Positions 49,830 to 60,244 of a stretch of DNA of 64,000 nt are shown piece by piece (position 1 is the first letter of the stretch; each line of letters starts with the position of its first letter). The notes beneath the pieces are model-generated. The model was not told the DNA's origin. It saw only the letters and a program-made list of their open reading frames with translations, and did no database searches. The position numbers were made by a program, and so were the translations under genes. The stretch is from an uncultured bacterium. Its GTDB lineage: Bacteria > Cyanobacteriota > Vampirovibrionia > Gastranaerophilales > Gastranaerophilaceae. The stretch covers positions 69-64,068 of the forward strand of contig CACXCI010000072.1 of NCBI GenBank assembly GCA_902766105.1. Direction: 5' to 3'.

Positions 49830-49894
49830 CTTATTGAACTTAACGCCTTATCGTCTTTACGTCTTATCGTCTTAGTGGCTTAACGACTTAAAAA
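49830..49894 (+). repeat. 8-bp-phased repeat array, right arm
   Basis: CTTATTGA(a) CTTAACGC CTTATCGT CTTTACGT CTTATCGT CTTAGTGG CTTAACGA CTTAAAAA. Confidence 0.75.
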
Positions 49895-49913
49895 CAACCT
49901 GTGTTATTTCTTC

Positions 49914-49941
49914 TTGCCTAAATATATTGATGTGATACAAT
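49914..49941 (+). promoter_or_regulatory. Candidate purA promoter
   Basis: TTGCCT, 16-nt spacer, TACAAT, preceded by TGA (extended -10). Lies about 38 nt before the ATG. Confidence 0.5.
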
Positions 49942-49978
49942 TATTTATGCTTGAAAGAATGAAAGAAGGGATATAAAA

Positions 49979-51262
49979 ATGACAAACAGAGTAGTTGTTG
50001 GCGCACAGTGGGGAGATGAAGGAAAAGCAAAAATCACTGACTTGCTTGCCGAAAAAGCTGACTTAATAATCAGATATCAAGGAGGCTGCAACGCAGGACA
50101 TACTGTCGTTGCACACAACAAGACTTTTAAATTTCACCTTATTCCATCCGGAATTTTGTATAAAAATAAAACTTGCCTTATCGGCAACGGAACAGTAGTT
50201 TTGCCTGAATATTTTCAACAGGAAATTGACGGCTTAAAGGCTGAAAATATAGATTTAACAGGTTTAAAAGTTAGCCCTTTAGCCTCAATCACAATGCCTT
50301 GGCATACTGAAATTGACGGATACTCAGAAGATAACGCAACAAAAGGCAAAATAGGAACAACAAAAAAAGGAATAGGACCGACATATACAGATAAAATGCA
50401 AAGAATCGGCTTAAAAATCGGTGATTTATATTCACCTGAAGCGCTATCTGAAAAGCTTGATGTTATTTTACCGATTAAAAATAAACAACTCAAAGAATTA
50501 TACAATTTAAAGACATACACAAAGGAAGAAGTTTTAGAGCTTTGCAAAAAATATGCAGAAATTTTCAAACCTTATGTATGTTTTGATTGGCAGAACCTTT
50601 TAAGAGATGCTAAAAAAGAGGGTAAAACAGTTCTTTTTGAAGGTGCGCAGGGTGTAATGCTAGATGTTGATTTTGGAACATATCCGTTTGTAACAAGCTC
50701 AAACCCCGTAGGTGGCGGAGCTTGCACAGGTTCAGGCTACGGTCCGAAGGTTATTGATGAAATTATTGGTGTTGCAAAAGCATACGTAACAAGAGTTGGA
50801 GAAGGACCTTTTGTAACAGAATTAACTAATGAAACAGGCAAAAAAATACAAGATATTGGGCATGAATTTGGAGTTACAACAGGCAGACCAAGAAGGTGCG
50901 GCTGGTTTGATGCTGTTACAATGAAATACGCTTGCCTTGTAGGTGGACTAACCTCTATAGCTCTTACAAAAATTGATGTGTTTGATACATTTGATGAGAT
51001 AAAAATCTGCACAGCTTATAAAGATACCCGAAACGGCAAAATTTACACATCATACCCTGAAGATGTTTATATGCATAAATACCTGGAACCTGTTTATGAA
51101 ACTCATAAAGGTTGGGAGGTTAATATTTCTAATATTCGCAAATACGAAGATTTGCCGGAAAATTGCAGAAAATATCTTGAAAGACTTGAAGAAATTTTAG
51201 AAACTCCAATTTCTATCGTTTCTGTTGGTCCGGATAGAGAACAAACAATTTTTAGAGGGTAA
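49979..51262 (+). CDS. purA: Adenylosuccinate synthetase
   Basis: VVVGAQWGDEGKAKITD, GIGPTYTDK, TTGRPRRCGWFD. Confidence 0.97.
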   Translation: MTNRVVVGAQWGDEGKAKITDLLAEKADLIIRYQGGCNAGHTVVAHNKTFKFHLIPSGILYKNKTCLIGNGTVVLPEYFQQEIDGLKAENIDLTGLKVSPLASITMPWHTEIDGYSEDNATKGKIGTTKKGIGPTYTDKMQRIGLKIGDLYSPEALSEKLDVILPIKNKQLKELYNLKTYTKEEVLELCKKYAEIFKPYVCFDWQNLLRDAKKEGKTVLFEGAQGVMLDVDFGTYPFVTSSNPVGGGACTGSGYGPKVIDEIIGVAKAYVTRVGEGPFVTELTNETGKKIQDIGHEFGVTTGRPRRCGWFDAVTMKYACLVGGLTSIALTKIDVFDTFDEIKICTAYKDTRNGKIYTSYPEDVYMHKYLEPVYETHKGWEVNISNIRKYEDLPENCRKYLERLEEILETPISIVSVGPDREQTIFRG

Positions 51263-51331
51263 TTTACATTTCTTAAGCAAAAAAGCAACTTTTTCCATGC
51301 GTTAGTTTTCATAATTATATAAGGTAGTTTT

Positions 51332-54169
51332 ATGAAAATTATTCCTGCGTACATATCAAACATAAGTTTCAATAAAAGTAAGCCGACTTTTACTTCTGAG
51401 TCGGTACAAAATACGGACTCAACAAAAGAGGTAGAATCATTACCAGCAACAAATCCGGATTTTAATGTCAGAGTTCCGATTGCATATAATCACATTGAAG
51501 ATATAAAGCTCAATGATGAACTATCAGCAAAATGCTATAAACTTGCGAATGGGCAAAAGATTGTAATTGTACCAAAAGACGGCACAACCGTTGTAAAAAC
51601 TTATGTAAATACAGGTTCGTTTAATGAACCTGACAATTTGCGGGGTATCAGCCACTATATAGAACATAATTTGTTTAACGGTTCTGAAGATTTGGGTGAT
51701 AAAGATTTTTTTGATGAGGTTAACCAAATGGGAGCAAGCACAAATGCTTCAACCTCATTTGCGGAAACAAATTATTTCATAAGTTCAAATTTATTGGAAG
51801 ATACAGATTTAGAAAATAAAATTAAGCTTCATGCCGGAATGCTTCAATCTCCTAAATTTTTACTTGACAAGCTTGAAAAAGAGAAAAAAATAGTAAATTC
51901 CGAAATAAATATGTGCTTATCAGAAGATGAAAACCTTGGCTTCACCCAAACAATTAAAAATTTATTTAATGTAAAATCTTCATCATTTGATTTGGTTGCG
52001 GGAAGTACTGATAATATAACAGCCTTAACTCAAAAAGATGTCGTAGATTATTTTAATAATAACTATTATCCTTCCAATATGACTACTGTCATTACAGGAG
52101 AGGTAGATCCCGAACAAACTATACAACTTGTTTCAAAATATTTTAATTCTGCCAAAACTCCTCAAGGTCAGCGTATATTTGAAAAAATGACTCCGATAGA
52201 TAATCCTGTAAGACAGGATATAATTTCTCCAAAATCAGAAAGCGGAAGAACAACTGTATTTATCGGATTTGCCGGACCGGAAAATAATAATACAAAAGAT
52301 AAAATTTATCTTCAAGCATTATCTAATCTTGCCGGCGGGTTGGAAAATTCAAGAGTTTCTGATATTGAAAGAAAATATGGAATTTGTGTAAATTTTGCGC
52401 CGGAAAGATTGAGTTCAAGACCGTCTGATAAAACTATTATGATGATAGAAACAAATGTTCCTGAAAATAAAGCAGAATTTGCTATACACGAAATTTATAA
52501 TACTGTAGACAAATTATCAAAAGAGCCACCGACAGATGAAGAGCTTACGGCAATAAAGAATAAGATGAAAAAATCTTATGATAACATATTCGAAAATTCT
52601 TTTGCTCTAAACGGAGCTATAGGAAACGCATTTTTAAATGATGATATAGAAAAAATAAAAAGTTTCAACAAATTAGTTGACGATATGACGGTTCAAGATA
52701 TTGTCGATACCGCAAAGAAATATCTTGATTTGAACAAAGCAGCCCTAACAGTTGTACATCCTCATAATACAACTGAAGATCAAATATCAAATCGCCATGA
52801 GCTTGCAGTCAAAATGGCCGAATACAATGTTCCGTTTACCGGAGCAACAAACAAAAAAAATCCTATAAATATTGATAATGTAAAAACATACAGAACTGCT
52901 AATAATTATGATGTAATACTTAATAATGCAGTAACCAATACTGTTCAATACAAAATGAACATAGAAGAACACGATTGGACGCCAAGAAAAGCTGCTATTG
53001 CCAGCGTTTTAACTGACATGTTAAACACTGCCGGTACAACGACTCAATCTGTTCAAGATTTATCAAAAACAGCAGACAAATACGCTATAAGCTGCGGTAT
53101 TTTTGCAGATCAATATGGTATCGGGCTCAATGCGGATTTTCCGGCAAATACAACTAAAGAAGCTTTAAAATATTTTAATGACAGAATTATGAACCCTAAT
53201 TTTAACCAAAAAGATTTTGAAGCTGCCATTAACAGATTAAAAGATGACTTTTCTAATACCGAAGTTAATCCTTATGACAAATTTAATGCCGTAATGTATA
53301 AAAATACAGCCTATGCTTATACCCCGAAAGAAATGCTTGAAAGCCTTGATAAAATAACTCTTAATGATGTTAAAGAATTTCATAATGATATTTTGACAAA
53401 AGGACAAGGAAAAGTAACCGTAACAGGTCCATTTGACAAAAATTCAGAATTGAAAGATGTGATATTTGAATCCGTAAATTCTTATCCTCAATTGAACAAA
53501 AAAAATATCAGTTTAGAAAAAGTTTATACCCCAATTGAAAAAACAGAAATCTTAACCGATATCAACCTAAAAAATCAGACCGATATAATTCAGGGATACA
53601 GATATAAAAACAGCGGTAATATAAAAGATGAAAATTGCGTAGCTTTATTGAATGAAATTCTTGGTGGCTCCCCATCATCAAGACTATTTATGGATCTTAG
53701 AGAAAACAAACATTTGGCTTATGCTGTTTCCTCAAATTATAGTACACTTGGCGATATGGGAGTTTATACTCTCGAAATAGGTACAACAACAGAAAACCAC
53801 GAAACAGGTGAAAAAACCTTTGATAATGTTCAAAAAGCAATTGAAGGTTTCAACGATAATATTAAGAAAATAACCTCAGAAAAAGTATCTGAAGCCGAAC
53901 TAAATGCCGCTAAAAAAAGGTTGAAATCTCAAATATATACAGCATTGGAAACAAATAACGGTAAAAACAGAATTATAAGTCATTCAAAAGATACTTTTTA
54001 CGGCATTGAATATCTGAATAAATGCCTTGAAAATATAGATTCTATAACCGCAGATGATATTTATAATACCGCAAACAATATCTTTAATTCAAAACCTATC
54101 TACTCATTAACAGGAACAAAGGCCACAATAGAAGCTAATAAAGATTTTCTTAGTAACTTGGCAGGATAA
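51332..54169 (+). CDS. M16 (pitrilysin/insulinase) family zinc peptidase, double-length
   Basis: Inverted zinc motif HYIEH...E. 945 aa, consistent with two fused M16 halves. No signal peptide. Confidence 0.8.
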   Translation: MKIIPAYISNISFNKSKPTFTSESVQNTDSTKEVESLPATNPDFNVRVPIAYNHIEDIKLNDELSAKCYKLANGQKIVIVPKDGTTVVKTYVNTGSFNEPDNLRGISHYIEHNLFNGSEDLGDKDFFDEVNQMGASTNASTSFAETNYFISSNLLEDTDLENKIKLHAGMLQSPKFLLDKLEKEKKIVNSEINMCLSEDENLGFTQTIKNLFNVKSSSFDLVAGSTDNITALTQKDVVDYFNNNYYPSNMTTVITGEVDPEQTIQLVSKYFNSAKTPQGQRIFEKMTPIDNPVRQDIISPKSESGRTTVFIGFAGPENNNTKDKIYLQALSNLAGGLENSRVSDIERKYGICVNFAPERLSSRPSDKTIMMIETNVPENKAEFAIHEIYNTVDKLSKEPPTDEELTAIKNKMKKSYDNIFENSFALNGAIGNAFLNDDIEKIKSFNKLVDDMTVQDIVDTAKKYLDLNKAALTVVHPHNTTEDQISNRHELAVKMAEYNVPFTGATNKKNPINIDNVKTYRTANNYDVILNNAVTNTVQYKMNIEEHDWTPRKAAIASVLTDMLNTAGTTTQSVQDLSKTADKYAISCGIFADQYGIGLNADFPANTTKEALKYFNDRIMNPNFNQKDFEAAINRLKDDFSNTEVNPYDKFNAVMYKNTAYAYTPKEMLESLDKITLNDVKEFHNDILTKGQGKVTVTGPFDKNSELKDVIFESVNSYPQLNKKNISLEKVYTPIEKTEILTDINLKNQTDIIQGYRYKNSGNIKDENCVALLNEILGGSPSSRLFMDLRENKHLAYAVSSNYSTLGDMGVYTLEIGTTTENHETGEKTFDNVQKAIEGFNDNIKKITSEKVSEAELNAAKKRLKSQIYTALETNNGKNRIISHSKDTFYGIEYLNKCLENIDSITADDIYNTANNIFNSKPIYSLTGTKATIEANKDFLSNLAG

Positions 54170-54171
54170 AA

Positions 54172-55293
54172 CTATTCTTTTATGATTTGTTCAACAATTT
54201 TTTGAACACCATCATATTTTGCTAATGATAAAGAAGCCTTTTGTATCTGTTTTAGTTTGCTTTTATCAACAGATAAATCTCTAATCAAGTTAAGTAAGGT
54301 TTCCGGGGTTGTTTGAGCATCTTCTAAATATATACCCGCGCCCTGTTCAACCATAGATTTTGCATTTTTTCTTTGATGGTCAGCTGCGGCATAAGGATAT
54401 GGAATATAAATAGTTGCGACACCGCTTGCACACAACTCTGATATACTCAAAGAACCTGCCCTTGATACCGCAATATCAGAAGCCTTCAAAACAGTTACCA
54501 TATTATCAAAATACGGTCTTACGATAATATTATTATCATTTTCAAAATCAGTATAAATTTCTTTCAAATTCTTTATAACATCATCATAATTTTTCTTTCC
54601 TGTCTGAAAAATAACTTGTAAATTAAGCTCTTTGGATAATTTCTCCAAAATGTTGACAGTAGCCTCATTTATCGTTTTTGCGCCCTGAGAACCGCCCATA
54701 ATACAAATAGTAAGCTTGTCTAATTGTAATTTTAAATCATTTTTAGCCTGTTCTTTTGTTAAATTCGCAAATTCTGTTCTTATCGGGTTGCCATTCAAGT
54801 ATATGTTCTTATTGCTTAATTTTTCTCTTGCAGCATCAAAAGCAATAGATATACTTTTTGCATAAGGGGATAATTTTCTCGTAACAAGTCCCGGATTAGC
54901 ATCACAATCGTGCATAACAAGAGGTATTTTCATCGCCATTCCCGCAATCAAAACAGGTGCAGAAATATATCCGCCCGTCCCAAATATTACATCAGGCTTA
55001 TATTTTATTATATAAAAGCAACATTTTAACCATGCGAAAAACATCTTAATAAACCATACTAAAAAATCTATTCCTAATTTTCTTGGCATGCCTGACGATA
55101 TAACAGGCAAAAAAGTATAATCCTTATCTTTAACGATTGAAGCTTCAAGATTATTTGGATTTCCAATATAATAAATTTTCTTTGTGTTATTAAGTTTCAA
55201 TAATTCATCAGCAACCGCAACAGCAGGGTATATATGTCCGCCTGTGCCGCCGCCTGTAATAAAATAAATTTTGTTTTTTTGCCCATCAAACAT
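54172..55293 (-). CDS. murG: UDP-N-acetylglucosamine--N-acetylmuramyl-(pentapeptide) pyrophosphoryl-undecaprenol GlcNAc transferase
   Basis: ITGGGTGGHIYPA, GGSQGA. Confidence 0.95.
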   Translation of the reverse strand: MFDGQKNKIYFITGGGTGGHIYPAVAVADELLKLNNTKKIYYIGNPNNLEASIVKDKDYTFLPVISSGMPRKLGIDFLVWFIKMFFAWLKCCFYIIKYKPDVIFGTGGYISAPVLIAGMAMKIPLVMHDCDANPGLVTRKLSPYAKSISIAFDAAREKLSNKNIYLNGNPIRTEFANLTKEQAKNDLKLQLDKLTICIMGGSQGAKTINEATVNILEKLSKELNLQVIFQTGKKNYDDVIKNLKEIYTDFENDNNIIVRPYFDNMVTVLKASDIAVSRAGSLSISELCASGVATIYIPYPYAAADHQRKNAKSMVEQGAGIYLEDAQTTPETLLNLIRDLSVDKSKLKQIQKASLSLAKYDGVQKIVEQIIKE

Positions 55294-56515
55294 TTACGTT
55301 TGTATTACCCTCATTTGTATTAATTTTTTTAATTCTCTGCTTTGAAATATTTAAAAGTATTCCAACCATAGCTAATGATACAATAATTGATGTGCCGCCA
55401 TAACTTATAAATGGTAATGTTACGCCGGTTACAGGCATAAATGAGCTTGCAACTGCCATATTCAAAAATGCCTGAAATCCAAAAATTGTTGTTATCCCTA
55501 CAGCTAAAAGTTTACCGTACATATCTGGACATCTTTTGGCAATTCTAAAGCCTCTATGTACTAGACCTACAAACAATCCAACAATAAATATACTGCCTAA
55601 AAATCCAAATTCTTCAGCAATTATTGCAAAAATAAAATCAGTATGACACTCCGGCAAATAAGCTAATTTTTGAATAGAACTGCCATATCCGCTTCCGCTC
55701 AAACCACCTGAAGCAAAGGCTATAAGCGATTGTATAATATTATAACCTTTCCCCAAAGCATCACTGCCCGGATTCAACCAAACGGTAATTCTATCCATCT
55801 GATAACCGTGAAGCAATCTGGGAAGCATTGTTAATACCCCGACAACACCTGCAATACCGCCCGCTATAACAGGTTGCCAAGGCCCTTTTGCACATACATA
55901 CAAGACAAAGCCTGTTACACATAAAATTATTGCCATACTTAAATTTGGCTGTTTTAAAATTAAAAACAAAATTATAATCATAGGTAAAATCTTTGACGTA
56001 AAATTATCCGTAAATGTGTGCATTGTTATTTTGTTCTTAAACAAAGTCGCAAACAGCATACAAAACAGCGGCTTTGCAAGTTCTGACGGCTGCAACTGCA
56101 TAACCCCGAGATTTATCCAGCGCTTTGCTCCGTTGATAGTTACTCCCAAAGGGGTAAATTGAAGAACCAGCAACAAAATAATAACCGTCCATAAGAATTT
56201 TTTATTAACTATTTCCAGTTTTTTATAATCAAATCTTGCTAAAAATCCCATTGCTAAAAATCCGACAATAGCATACACAATTTGCTTGGCAACAAAGGAA
56301 ATAAGACTGACTCCTTCTCGCAGGCACTTTGGTGCTGTTGCCGAAAAAATTGCCAAAAAACCTATTACAACCAAAAATGTAACTATCACTAGCAGAGTTC
56401 TGTCAGGAGGTGCAATAATAACGTCCGAAGGATTTTTTCTTCGGCGCTCTTTACGTTCCCTTTCTTGTCTTTTTGGTGATTTATACTCTCGATAGGACAT
56501 ATTCTCTAAAGACAT
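55286..56515 (-). CDS. ftsW: SEDS-family peptidoglycan polymerase FtsW
   Basis: Multi-TM SEDS pattern (PSELAK, TDFIFAIIAEEFG, LPFISYGGTS). The start is uncertain (56515 or 56500) and overlaps the murD 3' end. Confidence 0.9.
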   Translation of the reverse strand: MSLENMSYREYKSPKRQERERKERRRKNPSDVIIAPPDRTLLVIVTFLVVIGFLAIFSATAPKCLREGVSLISFVAKQIVYAIVGFLAMGFLARFDYKKLEIVNKKFLWTVIILLLVLQFTPLGVTINGAKRWINLGVMQLQPSELAKPLFCMLFATLFKNKITMHTFTDNFTSKILPMIIILFLILKQPNLSMAIILCVTGFVLYVCAKGPWQPVIAGGIAGVVGVLTMLPRLLHGYQMDRITVWLNPGSDALGKGYNIIQSLIAFASGGLSGSGYGSSIQKLAYLPECHTDFIFAIIAEEFGFLGSIFIVGLFVGLVHRGFRIAKRCPDMYGKLLAVGITTIFGFQAFLNMAVASSFMPVTGVTLPFISYGGTSIIVSLAMVGILLNISKQRIKKINTNEGNTNVNV

Positions 56516-57824
56516 CTCCTCTGTTTTCGTAACTTGTAAACATATCAAAACTTGCGCATGCCGGGGATAATAATACAACATCAGGATGTAACTCTATCCC
56601 TTTATCTATAGCTTCTTGCATAGAGTTTTCTTTAATTATATTTGAAAAACCGTTTTCTTTTAGGTTCTTTTCAAATCTTTCAGTTGCCTCTCCTATTAGA
56701 ATTACGGTTTTAATATGCTTGTTTATAGAATCACAAAATTCTTTCAAATCCGTATTTTTATCCCTTCCGCCGGCAATTAGAACAACATCTTCATTATTAA
56801 AAGAATTAATTGCAACAATTGCAGCTTCGGGGTTAGTTGCTTTAGAATCGTTATAAAAAGTTATTCCGTCAAACTCAGTAATTTTTTCTAATCTGTGAGC
56901 AGGGGCTTTGAACTCTTTTATGGCATTTTTGATTGTTTCATTATCAAGTCCTGATAATTTAGCACAAATTATTGCACACATGATATTTTGGTAATTGTGT
57001 TCTCCAAGTAACGGACAATCAGAAATTTTAATAATAGATTCTGCAACTCCGTCTTGTTTAAATAAAATTTCACCATTTTCTTCATAACAACAATTATCCC
57101 CAATATTTCCTGCAAAAAGGAATAATTTGCCGTCAGCTTGCTTTGAAAACTCTAAGAGCTTTTCATCTTTTGCATTCAACACGGAATATTGAGGAGCTTG
57201 AGGCTCTTTAAAGACTCTTGCTTTTGCGTTAAAATAATTATCCAAACCTTGATGCCAGTCAATATGATCAGGTGTAAAGTTTGTCCACACAGAAATAAAC
57301 GGTTTTAGTGACGGACTCATTTCCAGCTGAAAAGAGCTAGCTTCACAAACAAAATAATCCAAATTTTCATCAGCAATATTACAAGGCGGCTGCCCAATAT
57401 TTCCACAAGCCTTTACATTCAATTTCTTTGATAAAATAAATTCTGTTAAAGCTGTTGTTGTTGTTTTTCCGTTTGTTCCCGTAATTATGATAAAAGGAAT
57501 ATCACATTCTCTATATGCAAGCTCTAATTCAGATATTACAGGGATGTTATGTTTTCTTATGCGTTGGATAATTTCGCTGTGCGGAGGTATTCCGGGACTT
57601 GTAATAACAAGTTCAGCATTTTGAACAAATTCATCTGAATGTCCGCCGTATTCTACTTTTATCCCAAGACTTTCAAGTTCTGCTACCTTATATCTGTTTT
57701 CTTCTTCAACATATTTACCTTCTGAAAGATAAACAACAGCCCCATGCTTTTGAGCAAATTTTGCAGCTGCAATCCCGCTTTTTGAAAGTCCCAATACTAA
57801 AACTCTTTTACCTCTAACGCCCAT
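56481..57824 (-). CDS. murD: UDP-N-acetylmuramoylalanine--D-glutamate ligase
   Basis: VLVLGLSKSGIAAAKF, ITGTNGKTTT. Confidence 0.95.
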   Translation of the reverse strand: MGVRGKRVLVLGLSKSGIAAAKFAQKHGAVVYLSEGKYVEEENRYKVAELESLGIKVEYGGHSDEFVQNAELVITSPGIPPHSEIIQRIRKHNIPVISELELAYRECDIPFIIITGTNGKTTTTALTEFILSKKLNVKACGNIGQPPCNIADENLDYFVCEASSFQLEMSPSLKPFISVWTNFTPDHIDWHQGLDNYFNAKARVFKEPQAPQYSVLNAKDEKLLEFSKQADGKLFLFAGNIGDNCCYEENGEILFKQDGVAESIIKISDCPLLGEHNYQNIMCAIICAKLSGLDNETIKNAIKEFKAPAHRLEKITEFDGITFYNDSKATNPEAAIVAINSFNNEDVVLIAGGRDKNTDLKEFCDSINKHIKTVILIGEATERFEKNLKENGFSNIIKENSMQEAIDKGIELHPDVVLLSPACASFDMFTSYENRGDVFREYVLSRV

Positions 57825-58804
57825 TATAAAATTCCTCTGACAAATAATTCAAACAAAACAACAGCAACAACCGATAATAGTAATGAAACAAGTGAAAATA
57901 CAATAACAACTTTTTTCTCATTCCATCCCAAAAGTTCAAAATGGTGATGAATTGGCGCCATTTTGAATACCCTGTTGCCTGTTGTTTTAAAACTTATAAC
58001 TTGTATAATAACTGACAAAGTTTCCATAACAAAAACCCCGCCGATAAATATTAATAAAAATTCAAATTTTCCCAGCACGGCAAGTGTCCCTAAAAGACCG
58101 CCTATAGCTAATGAACCGGTATCACCCATAAATACTTCTGCTTTTGGTTTGTTAAATTTTAAAAATCCTAATAATGCACCTGCAACGGCAGCGGAAATTA
58201 TAGCAATTTCAATTTCTCCCATTGCAAGAGAAATCAACGAACATGCTACAAACGCAGGAACACCGCATCCTGCAGCAAGTCCGTCAAGTCCATCAGTTAA
58301 ATTGTAAGCATTTGATGAACCTGTTATGATAAATACCGCAAAAAGCGGATAAACCCATTTTAAATCTATATTAAAATTCCCGACAGAAAATATGCACGCA
58401 TCAGGATTTGTCATTACTAAGTACAAAGTAGGCAAAAGAGCAATTGCTATTTGTCTGAACAGTTTTCCTCTTGCAGTTAAACCATCATTACCTTTTCCCT
58501 TGATTTTTATATAATCATCTTGAAACCCTGCAAAAGTATAAAAAGCCAAAGCTAAAATTGTAATCAGTGCAATTGTAGTCATTTTTTGAGCTAATAATAA
58601 AACGATTACCGAGGCCATTATAATTGCCGCTATTATAAAAACTCCGCCTGTTGTAGGTGTACCTTGTTTTTTTGCATGATTTTCGGGGGCAACATCTTTT
58701 ATATACTGCCCAATCATTTTCTTTTTCAGCATGTCTATGTACGGAACACCGAATAACATACACAAAACCATGCCTAACAAGAAAGCTATTGCTGTCATTA
58801 TCAT
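57824..58804 (-). CDS. mraY: Phospho-N-acetylmuramoyl-pentapeptide transferase
   Basis: NAYNLTDGLDGLA, MGDTGSLAIGG, APIHHHFE. Confidence 0.95.
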   Translation of the reverse strand: MIMTAIAFLLGMVLCMLFGVPYIDMLKKKMIGQYIKDVAPENHAKKQGTPTTGGVFIIAAIIMASVIVLLLAQKMTTIALITILALAFYTFAGFQDDYIKIKGKGNDGLTARGKLFRQIAIALLPTLYLVMTNPDACIFSVGNFNIDLKWVYPLFAVFIITGSSNAYNLTDGLDGLAAGCGVPAFVACSLISLAMGEIEIAIISAAVAGALLGFLKFNKPKAEVFMGDTGSLAIGGLLGTLAVLGKFEFLLIFIGGVFVMETLSVIIQVISFKTTGNRVFKMAPIHHHFELLGWNEKKVVIVFSLVSLLLSVVAVVLFELFVRGIL

Positions 58805-60147
58805 AATTTAACTATCCCTTTTCTAACATTTTCAAGTATTTGTTCAAGCTTCATCGAACGAGATGCCTTTAAAAATATTGTATAACCGGTATTTAATTTT
58901 TCAAGAATGTAACAAGATACCTGTTCGTTATCCTCAAATGAATTTACATCATAACCATATTTTTTAAGGACTTCGGCTATTTTTTCTGCCAGTTTACCTA
59001 CTGTTAAAAACTTAACGTTTCTGCCTTTACATATCGTGCAAATGTATTCGCCAACCATTGTATGATATTCTTGCTCATTATCTCCAAGTTCACCCATATC
59101 ACCAAGAACAACAACTGGATTTTCATACAATTCAATAAATGTCTTAACTGATGCTTTCATTGATTCAGGATTGGCGTTATAACTATCATTTATAAATTGT
59201 ATTGAGCCTATATTTTCTATTTCCCAGCGCTTTTCTATAGGCTTATATGAATATAACCCTGCTTTTATTTCATCATAGCTCATACCCGACTTGTAGCCTA
59301 ATTCTATTGCCGCTAAAGAGTTTTCAACATTATAATCACCCTCGATATTTAATTCAAAGATGTTGTTTTTATATTTGAACTTGGTAAATGATTTGCTTCT
59401 TTCAAAAATATCTGCATCTTCTAAAGAATAATAAATTTTTTGACCGTTAAACTTTACATGTTTTTTTATTATTTCCTGATTTTTTGCAATAAATACACCA
59501 TCATCCTTCAGACCTGCCGTAATCTCACATTTTGCTTTTGCAATATTATCTAACGAACCTAATCTGCCGACATGAGCTGAACCTGAATTGGTAATTACTG
59601 CATAATCAGGCAATAAATGAGTAGAAATTAATTCTATTTCGCCTAATCCCCTCATTCCCATCTCGACAATTAAAAATTCACAATCATCAGGCATTGATAA
59701 TACAGTCTGACAAAAACCAATTTCATTATTGTGATTAGATAGGGTTTTATGAGTTTTATAATGTTGACTCAATACTGAATAAATAATTTCTTTTGTTGTT
59801 GTTTTCCCTGAACTTCCGGTTACTCCGACCACTATCGGATTTTTCTTTATGCGATAATACTCTGCAATATTAAGATATGCCTCTGTTGTATTCTCAACCT
59901 TTAGTACTAATTTTGCATCTTCATTAACATAATCTTTTGTCGTAAAATAGGCTTTAGCTCCTGCTGCTATTGCATTATCAATAAAATTTTCACCATCAAA
60001 AGAGGCACCTTTTAGCGGCAAATATATATCAGTCGGCTTGATGGTTCTTGTATCAGTCGAGATGTCAAATTTGCCATCCTCTTTATAATTATCCTTTAAA
60101 ACAACGGCATTCGTTGCTTTTATCAATTCTTCTTTATTAAACATCAT
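58801..60147 (-). CDS. murF: UDP-N-acetylmuramoyl-tripeptide--D-alanyl-D-alanine ligase
   Basis: GVTGSSGKTTTKE, DSYNANPESM. Ends in TGA within an ATGA overlap with mraY. Confidence 0.93.
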   Translation of the reverse strand: MMFNKEELIKATNAVVLKDNYKEDGKFDISTDTRTIKPTDIYLPLKGASFDGENFIDNAIAAGAKAYFTTKDYVNEDAKLVLKVENTTEAYLNIAEYYRIKKNPIVVGVTGSSGKTTTKEIIYSVLSQHYKTHKTLSNHNNEIGFCQTVLSMPDDCEFLIVEMGMRGLGEIELISTHLLPDYAVITNSGSAHVGRLGSLDNIAKAKCEITAGLKDDGVFIAKNQEIIKKHVKFNGQKIYYSLEDADIFERSKSFTKFKYKNNIFELNIEGDYNVENSLAAIELGYKSGMSYDEIKAGLYSYKPIEKRWEIENIGSIQFINDSYNANPESMKASVKTFIELYENPVVVLGDMGELGDNEQEYHTMVGEYICTICKGRNVKFLTVGKLAEKIAEVLKKYGYDVNSFEDNEQVSCYILEKLNTGYTIFLKASRSMKLEQILENVRKGIVKL

Positions 60148-60208
60148 ATTATGATTTTACTCCAAATAACAAAACATAGCTACTACGTTAATAAATATTA
60201 AAACCCCT

Positions 60209-60237
60209 TGACAGGGAACAAAGTTCGTTTAATAATT
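60209..60237 (+). promoter_or_regulatory. Candidate rplU-rpmA promoter
   Basis: TTGACA, 16-17-nt spacer, TAATAAT. Confidence 0.5.
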
Positions 60238-60244
60238 GTTTTAC

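Noticed and set aside
49742-49894. The octamer arrays as a CRISPR array, or as oriC with DnaA boxes.
   Set aside because: The units are 8 bp with no spacers, and there are no cas genes. No TTATCCACA-like boxes are present, and no dnaA, dnaN or gidA-type origin context lies at this spacer.
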